A stretch of DNA of 64,000 bases from the human T2T-CHM13v2.0 reference genome, Homo sapiens (GCF_009914755.1 NC_060928.1); one strand, 5' to 3'. Shown: positions 25,766 through 45,518, numbered from the stretch's first letter. The notes: a model not told the origin generated them from the letters alone. A program made the numbers and translations.

Positions 25766-27557
25766 TTAACTAGTCTTGGAAATTGTTGTTCCATAAAGGG
25801 TTGAGGCTAATTCTAGATAGCTTTCATCTGAAACATAATATTCACCTATCAGCTCTTTGTAGAAGGGTCAGTCAACATAGTAATTATGGTTTGCTTTGAA
25901 ATATTTCAGCTTTACCTTTTCATCAAGGAAGAAAGAACAAAAGAAAACATTTCTCAATTAAATCCTTTAAACAAATGACGTTGCAAGTAAAACTTTCCCC
26001 AATTAATGATAAGAATCATCCTGTTCCAGAAACCCAGGGGCCAGAGAAGGGTTGTGTTCTAGTTATTACTGTGCAATAAACCATCTTTAAATTTAATGGC
26101 ACAAAACAGCAAACATTTTATTTTCTGTTACAACTTTGTGGGTTGACTGGGCTCAGCCAGGCTATTCTTCTCTTCTATGTGATGTCATGTCATCCGGGCT
26201 GCAGACATCTAGGGACCTGACAGGGCTGAAACGTGCAAATTGGTGTGCTTACACTGCTGGCAGTAGGTACTGGTCATCTACTTGGAGCTTAGCAGTTGAC
26301 AGGAGTGTCTTGGTTTTCTCCATGTGCATTTCTTTTTTTTTTTTTTAAATTATACTTTAAGTTCTAGGATACATGTGCACAACGTGCAGGTTTGTTACAT
26401 AGGTATATATGTAGCATGTGGTGTGCTGCACCCATTAACTCGTCATTTAGCATTAGGTATATCTCCTAATGCTATCCCTCCCCCCACCCCCCACCTCACC
26501 ACAGGCCCTGGTGTGTGATGTTCCCCTTCCTGTGTCCAAGTGTTCTCACTGTTTAGTTCCAACCTATGAGTGAGAACGTGCGGTGTTTGGTTTTTTGTCC
26601 TTGTGATAGTTTGCTGAGAATGATGGTTTCCAGCTTCATCCATGTCCCTACAAAGGACATGAACTTATCTTTTTCTATGGCTGCATAGTATTCCATGGTG
26701 TCTATGTGCCACGTTTTCTTAATCCAGTCTATCATTGTTGGACATTTGGGTTGGTTCCAAGTCTTTGCTATTGTGTATAATGCCACAATAAACATACATG
26801 TGCATGTGTCTTTATAGCAGCATGATTTATAATCCTTTGGATATATACCCAGTAATGGGATGGCTGAGTCAAATGGTATTTCTAGTTCTAGATCCTTGAG
26901 GAATCGCCACACTGTCTTCCACAATGTTTGAACCAGTTTACAGTCTCACATAGGAACAGGGTAAAAGTGTTCCCATTTCTCCACATCCTCTTCAGCACCT
27001 GTTGTTTCCTGACTTTTTAATGATTGCCATTCTAACTGGTGTGAGATGGTATCTCATTGTGGTTTTGATTTGCATTTCTCTGATGGCCAGTGATGATGTT
27101 GGCTGCATAAATGTCTTCTTTTGAGAAGTGTCTGTTCATATCCTTTGCCCACTTTTTGATGGGGTTGTTTGTTTTTTTTCTTGTAAATTTGTTTGAGTTC
27201 TTTGTAGATTCTGGATATTATCCCTCTGTCAGGTGGGTAGATTGCAAAAATTTTTTCCCATTCTGTAGGTTGCCTGTTCACTCTGATAGTAGTTTCTTTT
27301 GCTGTGCAGAAGCTCTGTAGTTTAGTTAGATCTGATTTGTCAATTTTGGCTTTTGTTGCAATTGCTTTTGGTGTTTTAGACATGAAGTCCTTGCCCATGC
27401 TTATGTCCTGAATGGCATTGCCTAGGTTTTCTTCTGGGGATTTTATGGATTTAGGTCTAACATTTAAGTCTTTAATCTATCTTGAATTAATTTTTGTATA
27501 AGGTGTAAGGAAGGGATCCAGTTTCAGCTTTCTACATATGGCTAGCCAGTTTTCCTA

Positions 27558-27812
<255 letters not shown>

Positions 27813-27815
27813 TCA

Positions 27816-29040
<1,225 letters not shown>

Positions 29041-29043
29041 TCA

Positions 29044-29190
<147 letters not shown>

Positions 29191-29511
29191 TTAATGATTC
29201 TTCTCACTTTTCTTCTTTAGTAGTCTTGCTAGTGGTCTATCAATTTTGTTGATCTTTTCAAAAAACCAGCTCCTGGATTCATTGATTTTTTGAAGGGTTT
29301 TTTGTGTCTCTATCTCCTTTAGTTGTGCTCTGATCTTAGTTATTTCTTGCCTTCTGCTAGCTTTTGAATGTGTTTGCTCTTGCTTCTCTGGTTCTTTTAA
29401 TTGTGATATTAAGGTGTCAATTTTTGATCTTTCCTTCTTTCTCTTGTGGGCATTTAGTTCTATAAATTTCCCTCTACACGCTGCTTTAAATGTGTCCCAG
29501 AGATTCTGCTA

Positions 29512-31646
<2,135 letters not shown>

Positions 31647-31898
31647 TAAGGACTTGCTTTATGAATCTGGGTGCTCCTGTATTGGGTGCATATATATTTA
31701 GAATAGTTAGCTCTTCTTGTTGAATTGATCCCTTTACCATTATGTAATGGCCTTCTTTGTCTCTTTTGATCTTTGTTGGTTTAAAGTCTGTTCTATCAGA
31801 GACTAGGATTGCAACCCCTGCCTTTTTTTGTTTTCCATTTGCTTGGTAGATCTTCCTCCATCCCTTTGTTTTGAGCCTATGTGTGTCTCTGCATGTGA

Positions 31899-32262
<364 letters not shown>

Positions 32263-32406
32263 CAGTCAGTGTCTTTTAATTGGAGCATTTAGCCCATTTA
32301 CATTTAACGTTAATATTGTTATGTGTGAATTTGATCCTGTCATTATGATGTTAGCTGGTTATTTTGCTCGTTAGTTGATGCAGTTTCTTCCTAGCTTTGA
32401 TGGTCT

Positions 32407-33430
32407 TTACAATTTGGCATGTTTTTGCAGTGGCTGGTACTGGTTGTTCCTTTCCATGTTTAGTGCTTCCTTCAGGAGCTCTTTTAGGGCAGGCCTGGTG
32501 GTGACAAAATCTCTCAGCATTTGCTTGTCTGTAAAGTATTTTATTTCTCCTTCACTTATGAAGCTTAGTTTGGCTGGATATGAAATTCTGGGTTGAAAAT
32601 TCATTTCTTTAAAAATGTTGAATATTGGCCCCCACTCTCTTCTGGCTTGTAGAGTTTCTGCCAAATCAGCTGGTAGTCTGATGGGCTTCCCTTTGTTGGC
32701 AACCCGACCTTCCTCTCTGGCTGCCCTTAACATTTTTTCCTTCATTTCAACTTTGGTGAATCTGACAATTATGTGTCTTGGAGTTGCTCTTCTCGAGGAG
32801 TATCTTTGTGGCATTCTCTGTATTTCCTGAATTTGAATGTTGGCCTGCCTTGCTAGATTGGGGAAGTTCTCCTGGATAATATCCTGCAGAGTGTTTTCCA
32901 ACTTGGTTCCATTCTCCCTGTCACTTTCAGGCACACCAATCAGACGTAGATTTGATCTTTTCACATAGTCCCATATTTCCCATATTTCTTGGAGGCTTTG
33001 TTCATTTCTTTTTTACTGTTTTTTCTCTAAACTTCTCTTCTCGCTTCATTTCATTCATTTGCTCTTCAACCACTGATACCCTTTCTTCCAGTTGATTGAA
33101 TTGGCTACTGAAGCTTGTGCATTCATCACGTAGTTCTCATGCCATGGTTTTCAGCTCCATCAGGTCATTTAAAGACTTCTCTACACTGGTTATTCTAGTT
33201 AGCCATTCATCTAATCTTTTTTCAAGGTTTTTAGCTACTTTGTGATGGGTTCATACTTCCTCCTTTGACTTGGAGGAGTTTGATTGTCTGAGGCATTCTT
33301 CTCTCAACTCGTCAAAGTCATTCTCCATCCAGCTTTGTTGCATTGCTGGTGAGGAGCTGTGTTCCTTTGGAGGGGGAAAGGCACTCTGATTTTTAGAATT
33401 TTTAGCTTTTCTGCTCTGTTTTTTCCCCAT
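32407..33430 (-). pseudogene. L1 ORF1 (RNA-binding protein), frameshifted
   Basis: ATGGGGAAAAAA start at 33430; C-terminal 185 aa open (NLRLIGVPE, ARREW, YPAKLSF); extra base in the A-run near 33010; in-frame 9-bp duplication near 32970. Confidence 0.93.
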
Positions 33431-34008
33431 ATTTGTGGTTTTATCTACCTTTAGTTTTTGATGATGGTCACGTACAGATGGGGTTTTGGTGTGGATGTCC
33501 TTTTTGTTTGTTAGTTTTCCTTCTAACAGTCAGGAACCTCAGCTGCAGGTCTGTAGGAATTTGCTGGAGGTCCACTCCAGGCCCTGTTTGCCTGGGTATC
33601 AGCAATGGAGGCTGCAGAACAGCGAATATTGCTGAACAGAAAATGTTGCTGCTTGATCGTTCCTCTGGAAGTTTCATCTCAGAGGGGTACCTGGCCGTGT
33701 GAGGTGTCAGTCTGCCCCTACTTGGGGGTGCCTCCCAGTTAGGCTACTTGGGGTTCAGGAATCCACTTGAGGAGGCAGTCTGTCCATTCTCAGATCTCAA
33801 ACTCTGTGCTGGGAGAACCACACTCTCTTCAAAGCTGTCAGACAGGGACATTTAAGTCTGCAGAGGTTTCTGCTGCCTTGTGTTTGGCTATGCCCTGCCT
33901 CCAGAGGTGGAGTCTACATACAGAGGCAGGCAGGCCTCCTTGAGCTGCGGTGGGCTCCGTCAATTTGGAGCTTCCCAGCTGCTTTGTTTACCTACTCATG
34001 CCTCAGCA

Positions 34009-34185
34009 ATGGCGGGTGCCCCTCTGCCAGCCTCGCTGCCACCTTGCATTTCGATCTCAGACTGCTGTACTAGCAATGAGCGAGGCTCTGTGGGCGTGGG
34101 AACCTCCAAGCCAGACGTGAGATATAATCTCCTGGTGTGTCGTTTGCTAAGACCACTGGAATGTGCAGTATTAGGGTGGGAGTGA
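34009..34185 (+). pseudogene. L1 antisense ORF0, frameshifted near its C-terminus (58 aa)
   Basis: MAGAPLPASLPPCISISDCCTSNERGSVGVG matches the ORF0 N-terminus; the SIRVGVTQFSRC continuation lies in another frame. Confidence 0.8.
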
Positions 34186-34719
34186 CCCAATTTTCCAGGT
34201 GCCGTCTGTTGCAGCTTTGCTTGGCTAGGAAAGGGAATTCCCTGACCCCCTGTGCTTCTGGGGTGAGGCAATGCCTCACCCTGCTTCTGCTCATGCTCGG
34301 TGTGCTTCACCCACTGTCCTGTACCCACTGTCCAACAAGCCCCAGTGAGATGAACCCGGTATCTCAGTTGGAAATGCAGAAATCACCCATCTTCTGCGTT
34401 GCTCATGCTGGGAGCTGTAGATTGGAGCTGTTCCTATTCAGCCATCTTGGAACTGCTGCCCCCATGTGGGTTTCTTAAAGCACAAACACAGTGACTGGGC
34501 TACAAGAGGAAATGTTCCAAGAGGAGACAGGAGATGAGCAGAGGTGCCAAGGAGAGGTGCAGATCTCTCAGTCTTGAAAGATACGTAGCTCCCTTCTGCC
34601 ACATTGTAGCAATTAGAGTGATGCACAGGGCCAGTCCAGATCCAGTGTGGTTGTACCAAGATGTACAAGGAGGTTTGGTCACTGGGACTGTCTCTGGAGA
34701 TTAGCTACCACAGCATCTA

Positions 34720-34990
34720 ATCAGAAATGAGAAAGGGGTGGAGAGAGGCTGGTCATCACATACAAAGTTCCACTTAGGAGAATTGAGTTCTGGCATTCTA
34801 TTGCACAGTAGAGTGTCTATAGTCAACAATAAAATATAGTATATGTCAAAAGAACTAGAAGGTAGCATTTTGAATATTCTCATCACAAAGAAATGATAAA
34901 CATTTGAGGTATGTATATATGTATCAAAACATCACACTATACCCATAAATACATACAATTAATATGTATTGATTAAAGAGAAAAAAAACT
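34720..34990 (+). mobile_element. L1MA 3' end fragment
   Basis: gttctggcattctattgcacagtagagtg...ttctcatcacaaagaaatgataaacatttgagg...aaaacatcacactatacccataaat. Confidence 0.8.
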
Positions 34991-35056
34991 TGAAAGCAAA
35001 AAAGGAATTTCATCAAAGTGTTCTAGAGAAAGCTCGGTCTTATTCTTTCTCTGTGA

Positions 35057-36078
<1,022 letters not shown>

Positions 36079-36249
36079 TTCTCAGGGCTATTAAACAGGA
36101 ATAGATTTGAGGTAAAAGTTGTTACAAGATAAAGCAATGTTACCTCTCTTTTGAATTTTCTTATGTATTAAGTAGAGCTGACAGGTGACAATCTGCACTC
36201 TTTTTGTCTAGGAAAGTTTTTCCAGGTATTTCTCATTTCTCCTTGCTGC

Positions 36250-36490
36250 TATAGTGGTTGAATGCAGGCTCTGAAATCAAGTTTCTTGGCTTTGAATTTC
36301 AGCTCCTTCAATAACAAGTTATGTGAATCTTGGCAAGAAATTGGTAGTCACAAGCCCCAGTTTCCTCATCTTTATAATGGGGATATTCATTCTACTGTAT
36401 AGACTGTGAGAATTGAGATAATGCATATAAAGTGCTTATCATAGTGCCTGACATGCAGTAAGGTTCCGGGAATTGTAGCTACTTTTATGC
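36250..36490 (+). mobile_element. MIR SINE
   Basis: cagtttcctcatctttataatgggg...gagataatgcatataaagtgctta. Confidence 0.8.
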
Positions 36491-36650
36491 AATAAATAAT
36501 GAGTGCATGGGAGAACCTAATACCAAGGAGTTGAGCATAAAGGCATATTATGGGGAGAGGTCACAACCAGATAGGAGGAGATCCCCTAAGCCAAACATCT
36601 TTGAAGTAAGAGCAAATATTGCTGTACCAAATAGATCTCCTATTCTTTGC

Positions 36651-36954
36651 TTTCTTTCTTTTTCTTTCTTTTTTTTTTTTTTTGAGATGAAGTCTTGCTC
36701 TCTCACCCAGGCTAGAGTACAGTGGTGCGATCTCGGCTCCCTGCAACCTCTGCCTCCCAGGTTCAAGCAATTCTCCCACCACAGCCTCCTGAGCAGAGAT
36801 TAAAGGCACCCACCATCATGCCTGGCTAATTGTTTGTATTTTTTTTTTTTTTAGTAGAGATGGGGTTTCACCATGTTGGCCAGGCTGGTCTTGAATGCCT
36901 GACCTCAGGTGATCCGCCTGCCTCGGCTTCAGGCGTGAGCCACCATGCCCGGCC
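36651..36954 (-). mobile_element. AluS with a deletion of about 18 nt in the left arm
   Basis: Alu dimer; cctcggcttc|aggcgtgagc lacks ccaaagtgctgggattac. Confidence 0.9.
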
Positions 36955-37485
36955 TGAATTCTTTTAAACGATGTCATGGCTCCTGCAAAGAAAAGATTGG
37001 GTATTAACTACCAGATGCTTATCAGAAATGAAGGTGATAATTTCCATGAATTGTGCCATCTGGAAAAGCAAAACTTGCATATTTCATTTTTTTTTTTTCC
37101 TATTTCCCCTATTCATTTGCCATTTACTGTACTGTGTCCCAGTGGTTGGAACAGAGAAGCTCATCAAGGATTTGCCTGTCATGGGGATTTCTCCTTTCTT
37201 CTGGCCTTATTGATTGCATGTGCAGGGACCTCTGGCCTCTTGTCTCACCCATTATTTTTTATGAGTTACATCAGTAGCATGCACTGGTCTCTGATTCTTA
37301 AGTGAAGAAAAAGACCCCAAATCCCGGAATATGTTGTCTTATTTATCTTTTGTACTACTCTACATAAAATGAGAAAACCCTTGCTGCAAGTGGCATATCT
37401 TCCTGCACATGGCTTTCCCAAGGTCTAGTGTGGGGGTGAGGGGCAGGAAAGGGTCATAAATTATTTGAGTTACAGATTGAAAGAC

Positions 37486-37873
37486 TGATATGGTTTGGCT
37501 CCGTGTCCCCACCTAAATCTCATCTCAAATTGTAATCCTCATGTGTCAGGGGAGGGGCCTGGTGGGAGGTGATTGAATCATGGAGTGGACTTCCCTCTTG
37601 CAGTCCTCGTGATAGTGAGTTCGTTCTTCCGATATCTGGTTGTTTGAAAGCATGTGACACTTCTTTCTTCACTTTCTGTCTGTCTCCTGCTCTGCCATTG
37701 TGAAGATGTGCATGCTTCCCCTTCACCTTCCGCCATGATCGTAAGTTTCCTGAGGCCTCCCAGTTACACTTTCTGTTAAGTTTGTGGAACTTTGAGTCAG
37801 TAAAACTTCTTTTCTTTATAAATTACCCAGTCTCCGGTAGCTCTTGGTAGCAGTGTGAAAATGGGTTAATACA
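37486..37873 (+). mobile_element. MSTA-like MaLR solo LTR
   Basis: tgatatggtttggct...tagcagtgtgaaaatgggttaataca; flanks AAGAC/AAGGC. Confidence 0.9.
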
Positions 37874-38249
37874 AAGGCCAATCTTTCAATGGGCCTGCCG
37901 GTGCTGATACCATAATTGTCAATGCATCACCTTTATTTATCCATTGGTCCTAAATCAGGAGAAAGAAGAAAAGGGTATTATGTATATTATGTATTAACTC
38001 TCTACAATTCCAGCAATGACATTTTCCAGCCTCCACTTGCTGGAGTTATCTGAATGATTGAGACCAATGTGATTCAAGTGAAGCCATATACATTTTTCTT
38101 AAAAGAAATGAATATTTCTTTAGTGTCTATATATGAGCGGTAAAAACCTTTTTTTTTTTTTGAATAGCAAACATTTACAGAGTTCTGAAAAAGCATTGCT
38201 TCTTGCATATTCACAGTATTTCAGTCAGTGAGACAGGAGTGCTTCTCTT

Positions 38250-39230
38250 TACCTATTCAACAAATATTTATTTAGCACCTTTTACATGCCAAATACTGTC
38301 TTAGATGTTGATGCTATCTCTGGGAAGCAAAAACAGATGAGGCTCCGACTCTTCTTTTTGATCTTATATTCTTCTAGGGGAGACAGGCATGAATCTAAAA
38401 ATAAATAACACAAACTATTGTATGCATAAGAATATGCAGAGACCAGTGTGATGAAGCAACAGTACATGATTCTTTGAGATTGTTTAATAAATGCCCTGAC
38501 CTAGACCATGTGTGGGATTGGGAGCCTGGAAAGTTATCTCTGAAAAAATGATGCTTGAGCTGAGGATAATCACAAATAAATAAACAAGTGAGTTGAAGTT
38601 AACTGTATGTGTATCTATGGAGAAACAATTAACTGGCTCTCTAACTTTTTATTTTACCATCTGCAGTATTATCTTAAGCCTTTCTGAATAATATCCAGAT
38701 ATGTCAATGAATTCTACCGTACTTTCCAATTACCTTGGCCAGATTTCCCAAACCTAAAATGAGAACACATGACCTGACAGAATATTATTTCCTGAGTTGT
38801 CAATTTATTTTTGTTTACTCACTCACTCTTCTCATTAACTCATCCACTCATCCACTCATCCACTTTTCCACCCATCTACCCATCAACCATTTATCCATCC
38901 AACCATCCATCCATCCATCCATCCATCCATCCAAATACACATTTATCAATTGCCTGCATGTGCCCAGCATCATGCTAGGGAATGAGGTATAGAAAGGTCT
39001 AAGAATGAATTATTGGTTAATTGACATTAACTATATGTTTGGGCTCCTACACTACTGTGCTTCTCTCTGCCCTTTCAAGAATTGTGTTTATTAATTTCTG
39101 TGTCTGTCTCCTTCATGAGACTCGGCTCCTCAGTCAGGTACCACTTCTCATTTATTTCTGGGTTCCCAGTACCTAATACGGTGACTGATGCACAGTTAGT
39201 ATTTAAGAAATACTTGTTAAATAAATAAAT
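38250..39230. mobile_element. Cluster of L2 3' fragments (- at about 38250-38560 and 38815-38995 with (CCAT)n; + at about 39050-39230)
   Basis: attcaacaaatatttatttagcacc; (CCAT)n; aaatacttgttaaataaataaat tails. Confidence 0.6.
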
Positions 39231-40487
39231 GTACTGTATTACTATTATTGAATAACATAACATTAAATATCAGATTGATGATCAGTGTTGTGTGAGCTAA
39301 CATTTGAGTAACTTGTTTGATGCTACAGTGTAAACTAATAATGTCACATCTTAAAAGAAGTAGATGGCTTCTGGTGAGACAGTGACACGCATGGCCAGGA
39401 GCCATCCATACTGGTTCGTCTGCTATTCTCTTATCTGATCTCTCAGCCAAACACTTTGTTTCTCAGTGCCTCAAGTCTTGGAATCTTTCAGGTACCAAAA
39501 GCAGTAACCACATTACCCTGCTCCTTGGGAAGGTTAATGACATGAGATAGGTTGAGAGATTCTATTCCTTGTACACAAGGATAAACCAAGGTTTTTAATA
39601 ATTATAGCAACCTATGACTTGGCCTATCTTAATCACACCACACTACATTGTGTCTCGGGATTTTAGAAGAGTTTTGATGAAATAGTGAAAAGCAAAAGGT
39701 ATTTGAACTTTCTTCTTAGCTTCAGAAATAATTTCTATAAATTTCACAGTTGAGTTCTCTTAAAGTGAAGGCTGTTTGAGAAGAGTGAATTAGGTACCTC
39801 ACACAGATCTCTCAACTCTCAAAATAGACCTGTGAGATTCAGATGTAAAAAGGGACCATAATTTCTTCTCTCACAGGTGCAGTGCAAATCAAATGATTTC
39901 CATTTGTTTTTCTTGTCGTTTTAGCAACCACTATAGCCTTTATTACATCTTTGTGTTTCCTCCTCTTTGCCCTCTGAATTCCTCCTAAGATTTTCCACAC
40001 TTCTCAGCTGAGAAGTAAACTTATAAATTACCTGACAGTGAAGTCAGTGGATAAGTAAATCACTATCCAGTCTGATCACAAAATCAAAATGTTTGTGATA
40101 TGTCAAACCTTTAACAAGTCAATTGCTGCTTTTGAAAAATGTGTCTGTTCTCCTACATGCTGAGATCAACCGAGTCATTCCACGAATTTTGCTCTGTGTA
40201 AGACTGAAGTCGTAATGTCTTCAGACTACAAGTTACCTCAAACACCTAACAAAATGACTAAGCAGTATTCATGTCTTTTTTAATTTTTAAGAATCTTATT
40301 TCATAGTTTAATTTCCTAAAATACAGAGTTGGGCTCTGTATCTTTGGTAACTCAAGTAGATAATGTATAATCTGTCCCGAAGTTTCAGGGAGGAAAAGTT
40401 TCATCTATAGGCCCTGAGCCACTTATGCCCATATATGCCGTCCCATTAATGTCACCAGACATTTTCCAACTGGTCTTAAGAATGATG

Positions 40488-40560
40488 CTATGTATGTTAT
40501 GTATATACATACTGTATGTATATGTGTGTGTGTGTGTGTGTATATATATGTATATATATA
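40488..40560. repeat. (TA)/(TG)n compound microsatellite
   Basis: tatgtgtgtgtgtgtgtgtgtatatatatg. Confidence 0.9.
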
Positions 40561-41411
40561 ACTTCCTCCAATCTAAGCATTGTTCATCAGACCCCAATGT
40601 GTTAATGGCTATTGTTCCTATTTGACTTCAATTTATCTCACCCACAGATGACAAACTGGGAAGATTTATAGCACATCTGTCAAATGCAAGCTCTTTCAAA
40701 GTCAAAATAAAGGTAGAATTCAAAAGATTTTGAAGTGTTTGGACATTAAGGTTGAGCAAGCATTTCCAAATCTTCTGAGTCACTGCAAACTCCGGGAACA
40801 CTGAGCCTTGAGGAACTCAAACAGGGCTCTCAATTTCCAGGTGAAAATTTCATACTTAGAAAAGTGTCTTGGCTTTTTATATATAGAAACCCATTTCTGA
40901 GAATGATCAATAACTGGAGCCTCAGAAAAACACAGTTTCTTGAAGGCAAAAATTGTCAAAGAAAACATTCCTGAGCCTTTCCAAATAGTATAACTGGTAA
41001 TCTGAGATGTAGGATGAATACTCTTTGCCAAATGTGAAAATAAAGCAAGAAATGTGCTCTGTTTCTTTCCTTCATCCTTTCTCATACACACACTTGAACA
41101 TACACAGTATACACACATGTAGAGCCCACATAATGCTTTTCAAACTTAGGTATAAATTTTTGTGGATGAAAGTTTCTGAACAAAATATTGTGGGCATGGA
41201 AAGAACTGCAAGATCTTTTATTCTTGAACTTGTTACCACCTCTCATTTTGCTTCCTATCTCAAACAACTATTCTCTAGGTTACTAATAAATCCAAAACAC
41301 AAATTCCATATTTTTGAGTTGTCCAGCCAACTAATAATCATTTATTTTTCTTGCTCATATGTGTCATTAGACAAAGTTGCATAATCCTCTCAAAAATCAG
41401 GTCTATCTTGA

Positions 41412-41712
<301 letters not shown>

Positions 41713-42479
41713 ATCTTGACGGTGAAAGTTGGGAGCGTTCCGTGGTTGTAGCCTGGGAGACAAGTAGTCTTGTAACACCCTCCATTTATAGCCTCTATTA
41801 TCATTTTTCTCCTACAATTAATCAGATCATCTTGGATCTCATTAGCCAGCCCTCTCAATGGCTTGGCCTGCTTCAAATGGACCGCTAGCTGCAGATCATG
41901 CGTGCTCAAATATCTCATCAACTCCACATAATTCCCCTAATTGAGAAACTTGTACTTTCATTGCATCCTCAAAAAGCAATTTCCTAATGACTTATTAAAA
42001 TAATGCCATTTGCCAGCCTTTTAAAAAGTACCACTTTTGTATGGTGTCATGCTATAATTAGTAATACGGTATCAGTGATTAAGCTGAATACCAATTTGAG
42101 GCACTTGCACAACCTTAACAGAGTTCTGTCACTAATGGAGTATGGCACTTTGATTGTTCCTTGATACCTGAATGCTGCAGCAATATCTAGATCTTGGGAT
42201 TACCTTGAAATGTTGATTTCAGACTCTTGAAACCATGGCAACATTTGATTCAAATGAATCCCAGAGCTTTAAAGACCAAGATTTTGTTGCTGAATTTCTT
42301 TTATTATTTTTTTTAATCCCCGGTTCACAAAACTCATGGGAAAATAGTTATAGCCAGACTTTGTATAAATGTGGGTATCCAACCACGTTTCTATAGGAAA
42401 GGGCAAAGCACAGGGATGATTCTCTTCCCACAAGGGAAGGGAAAACCTACATGTGGACCCTTTAGGTGGCGGTCTAAAG

Positions 42480-42933
42480 CAGCAGTCCCCAACCTTTTTG
42501 GGACCAGGAACTGGTTTTGTGAAGACAATTTTTTCCATGGACAGGGCAGGGGTCAAGGGGGATGGTTTCAGGATGATTCAAGCGCATTACATTTATTGTG
42601 CACTTTTTTCTATTATTATTACATACACACCATGATGTAGAATCAGTGGGAGCCCTGAGCTTGTTTTCTGACAAATAGACGGTCCCATCTGAGGGTGATG
42701 GGAGACAGTAACAGATATCAGGAATTAGATTCTCAAAAGGAGCACGCAACCTAGATCCCTGGCATGTGCAGTTCACCGTAGGGTTTGTGACCCTAAGAGA
42801 ATCTAATGCCACCACTGATCTGACAGGAGGCAGAGATCAGCTTCGCTCACTCACCCACCACCTATCTTCTGCTGTGTAGTCAGGTTCCTAACAGGGCTGT
42901 ACCAGTCTATGGCCTTCGGGTTGGGAACTTCTG
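42480..42933 (+). mobile_element. MER1A hAT-Charlie DNA transposon
   Basis: TIRs cagcagtccccaacc ... ggttgggaacttctg; 8-bp flanks GTCTAAAG/TTGTAAAG. Confidence 0.9.
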
Positions 42934-43089
42934 TTGTAAAGGTTACATGATAATTAAATGGTAATAGAAGGTAGCAAGAAAATAGAAGGGTATTTGCATC
43001 CACCCCATTGCCCAAACTTTGGAAATTACACTTCCCAAATCCACTTGGATACCTCCAAATTCTACTGACAAAATAATTTTTGTATTTCT

Positions 43090-43750
43090 TCCATCCTATT
43101 GCTTCTCATTACCACTTCCCTAATCTAGACAAGAGTTCATCAACCCAGCTCCTGCCTGTCATCTGGCACCTTTTCAATCCATCGTCATGGCTGAGTGATG
43201 CCTGAGTGCTCTTGTTGCTTGAGAACCTGTGATGGTTCTCCAGAATCAGAATAAAATCAAATTTTTGACATGAATATATGGCTCTCTATTCAACAAACTG
43301 GCTTGGTCTACCCTTCTAAGCTTATCACTCTTTGCTTTTCCTCACACACACAAATTCTAGACATACCAGATTACTGATGTTCCCTGAGCAAGGTCTGTCA
43401 ACTCCTTTGTTTCTGACTTCGTTTTTCCTGTCCTCCCAGTTCTCCTAGAGAATGCCCTTTCCTTACTGGGTCTGTCTGATATCCCATCAATACATTTTTC
43501 AAGTCTCAGTTCAAATGTCCTCTCCTTCCTAAATTTCTCTGACATCTCTGCCCCTTCCTCTATCACCCAGCAAAATGCCAGCCATGTTAAATTTCACTTA
43601 AATTGATTGTACATTTCTTCTTTCTGCTGTATTATGAATTTGTTGAAGGCCAGAAACTTGCCATATTTACTTCTTTATTTTCAGCATTTAGCACAGTGCT
43701 TGCCACATGAGAGTCGCCCAGTAAATATTTATTGAGATGAATTGAATTGT
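43090..43750 (+). mobile_element. L2 LINE 3' region
   Basis: tcaagtctcagttcaaatgtcctctcc...tagcacagtgcttgccacat...taaatatttattga. Confidence 0.75.
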
Positions 43751-45104
43751 TGCTAAAACTGATTCTATGTCCATTCCTTATTGAAATAGCTCAAGACAAA
43801 ATGGTGAAAAAGTACAAACGTTTTTTTTTTGTCTTTTCCATTTTTCTCAGACCTGACCCTTTTTCACCATTTTAAACCTACTTATCAGTCTAGTTTTAAC
43901 ATTGCTTTTGAAGCTTGACCAGCATACAGACAGTCCCACTCTATTTGACTCCTTCAAGACAACATCCAAAGTTTTCTCCCAGTCCAAACAAATGCCACAG
44001 AAGAGGAGACCAAGGCAGAGGTTAGGGAAGCACCTAAAGACAAGTCTGGGTTGGTATTGGGTTGCTAGGATTGGACTGAATGCCTGCCCCTCAAGGGCCC
44101 CTGCCTTATCATCCTCCTTACCACCTCTCCTCTCCCTAATATCCTTGACAAACACAAAATTTCATTTCTTTACAGACTGTTACACTCAACAACTCTCTCA
44201 GACTCTGCGGATATTCTTTTCTCTTCTCCATTTTGGAGAAGTCTTTCCCCATCGCTGCCTGGATTTCTGATGCCTCCTGGCAAATAGGTAAGTTACTATG
44301 ATCACTTGAGAACAGTAGGTGGTCATGGTCCAATACCAGTTATCTGACCTCCAATAGCATCTGAAAATAGGAGAGATTAAACTCCAGGACTACATTTTTT
44401 CCCCTTGAGAAGCTGCCTATATATACTTATTAAAGAACCTCAATCATTTCACCCTGAAATCCCCAGTGCTATATTGACCCATCTGAAGGGTCAGAAAGTT
44501 GTCCAGCAGCAGCAGAAACTATTTAAAACTCTTCCCTGTTTGTGATTTTTTATGGCTGATTGACAAAAGGAGGGCAGAGAACAGCAGGCGAAGTGAATTC
44601 TGTTTGTGATTGGGGTGGGGGCAGGGGTAGTAGAGACACTTCACTTAGTTTCTTCTTATTCTCTTTCTTGTCTCTATGCTTCTTTAACTCTTAAAACCAT
44701 CTTTTCCTATTCCTAGTTTTATCTTTCCTGCTCATGGGTTCCATCACATTTATTTAAATATTTCTGCGTTATTTCTTGAATTCATTCATTCAATCAATCA
44801 TTTTAAACAGATTTAATTGAATACCTAGGATATTTGTTAGGGTAAGTAATGCTAACAACATTCTCAGGAGTTTTGCACAACAAAGGTTTATTTCTGGCTC
44901 ACTTAAAGCCTAAAGTTCAGTGTGCATGTTCCTGCTAAGGCAGTTCACCTCCCATGGGTGAGGCAGAGATTTGATCTCTTTCATCTTGTGGCATAGCCAT
45001 ATTCAAGGCTGTGGGAGTTTCCATCCAGCCATATGGATAGAGAAAGAGCCTATAAAAGTTTGAGATGTTTGATAGCCAGGTCTGTTAGTGCAATATATTG
45101 TTCA

Positions 45105-45518
<414 letters not shown>

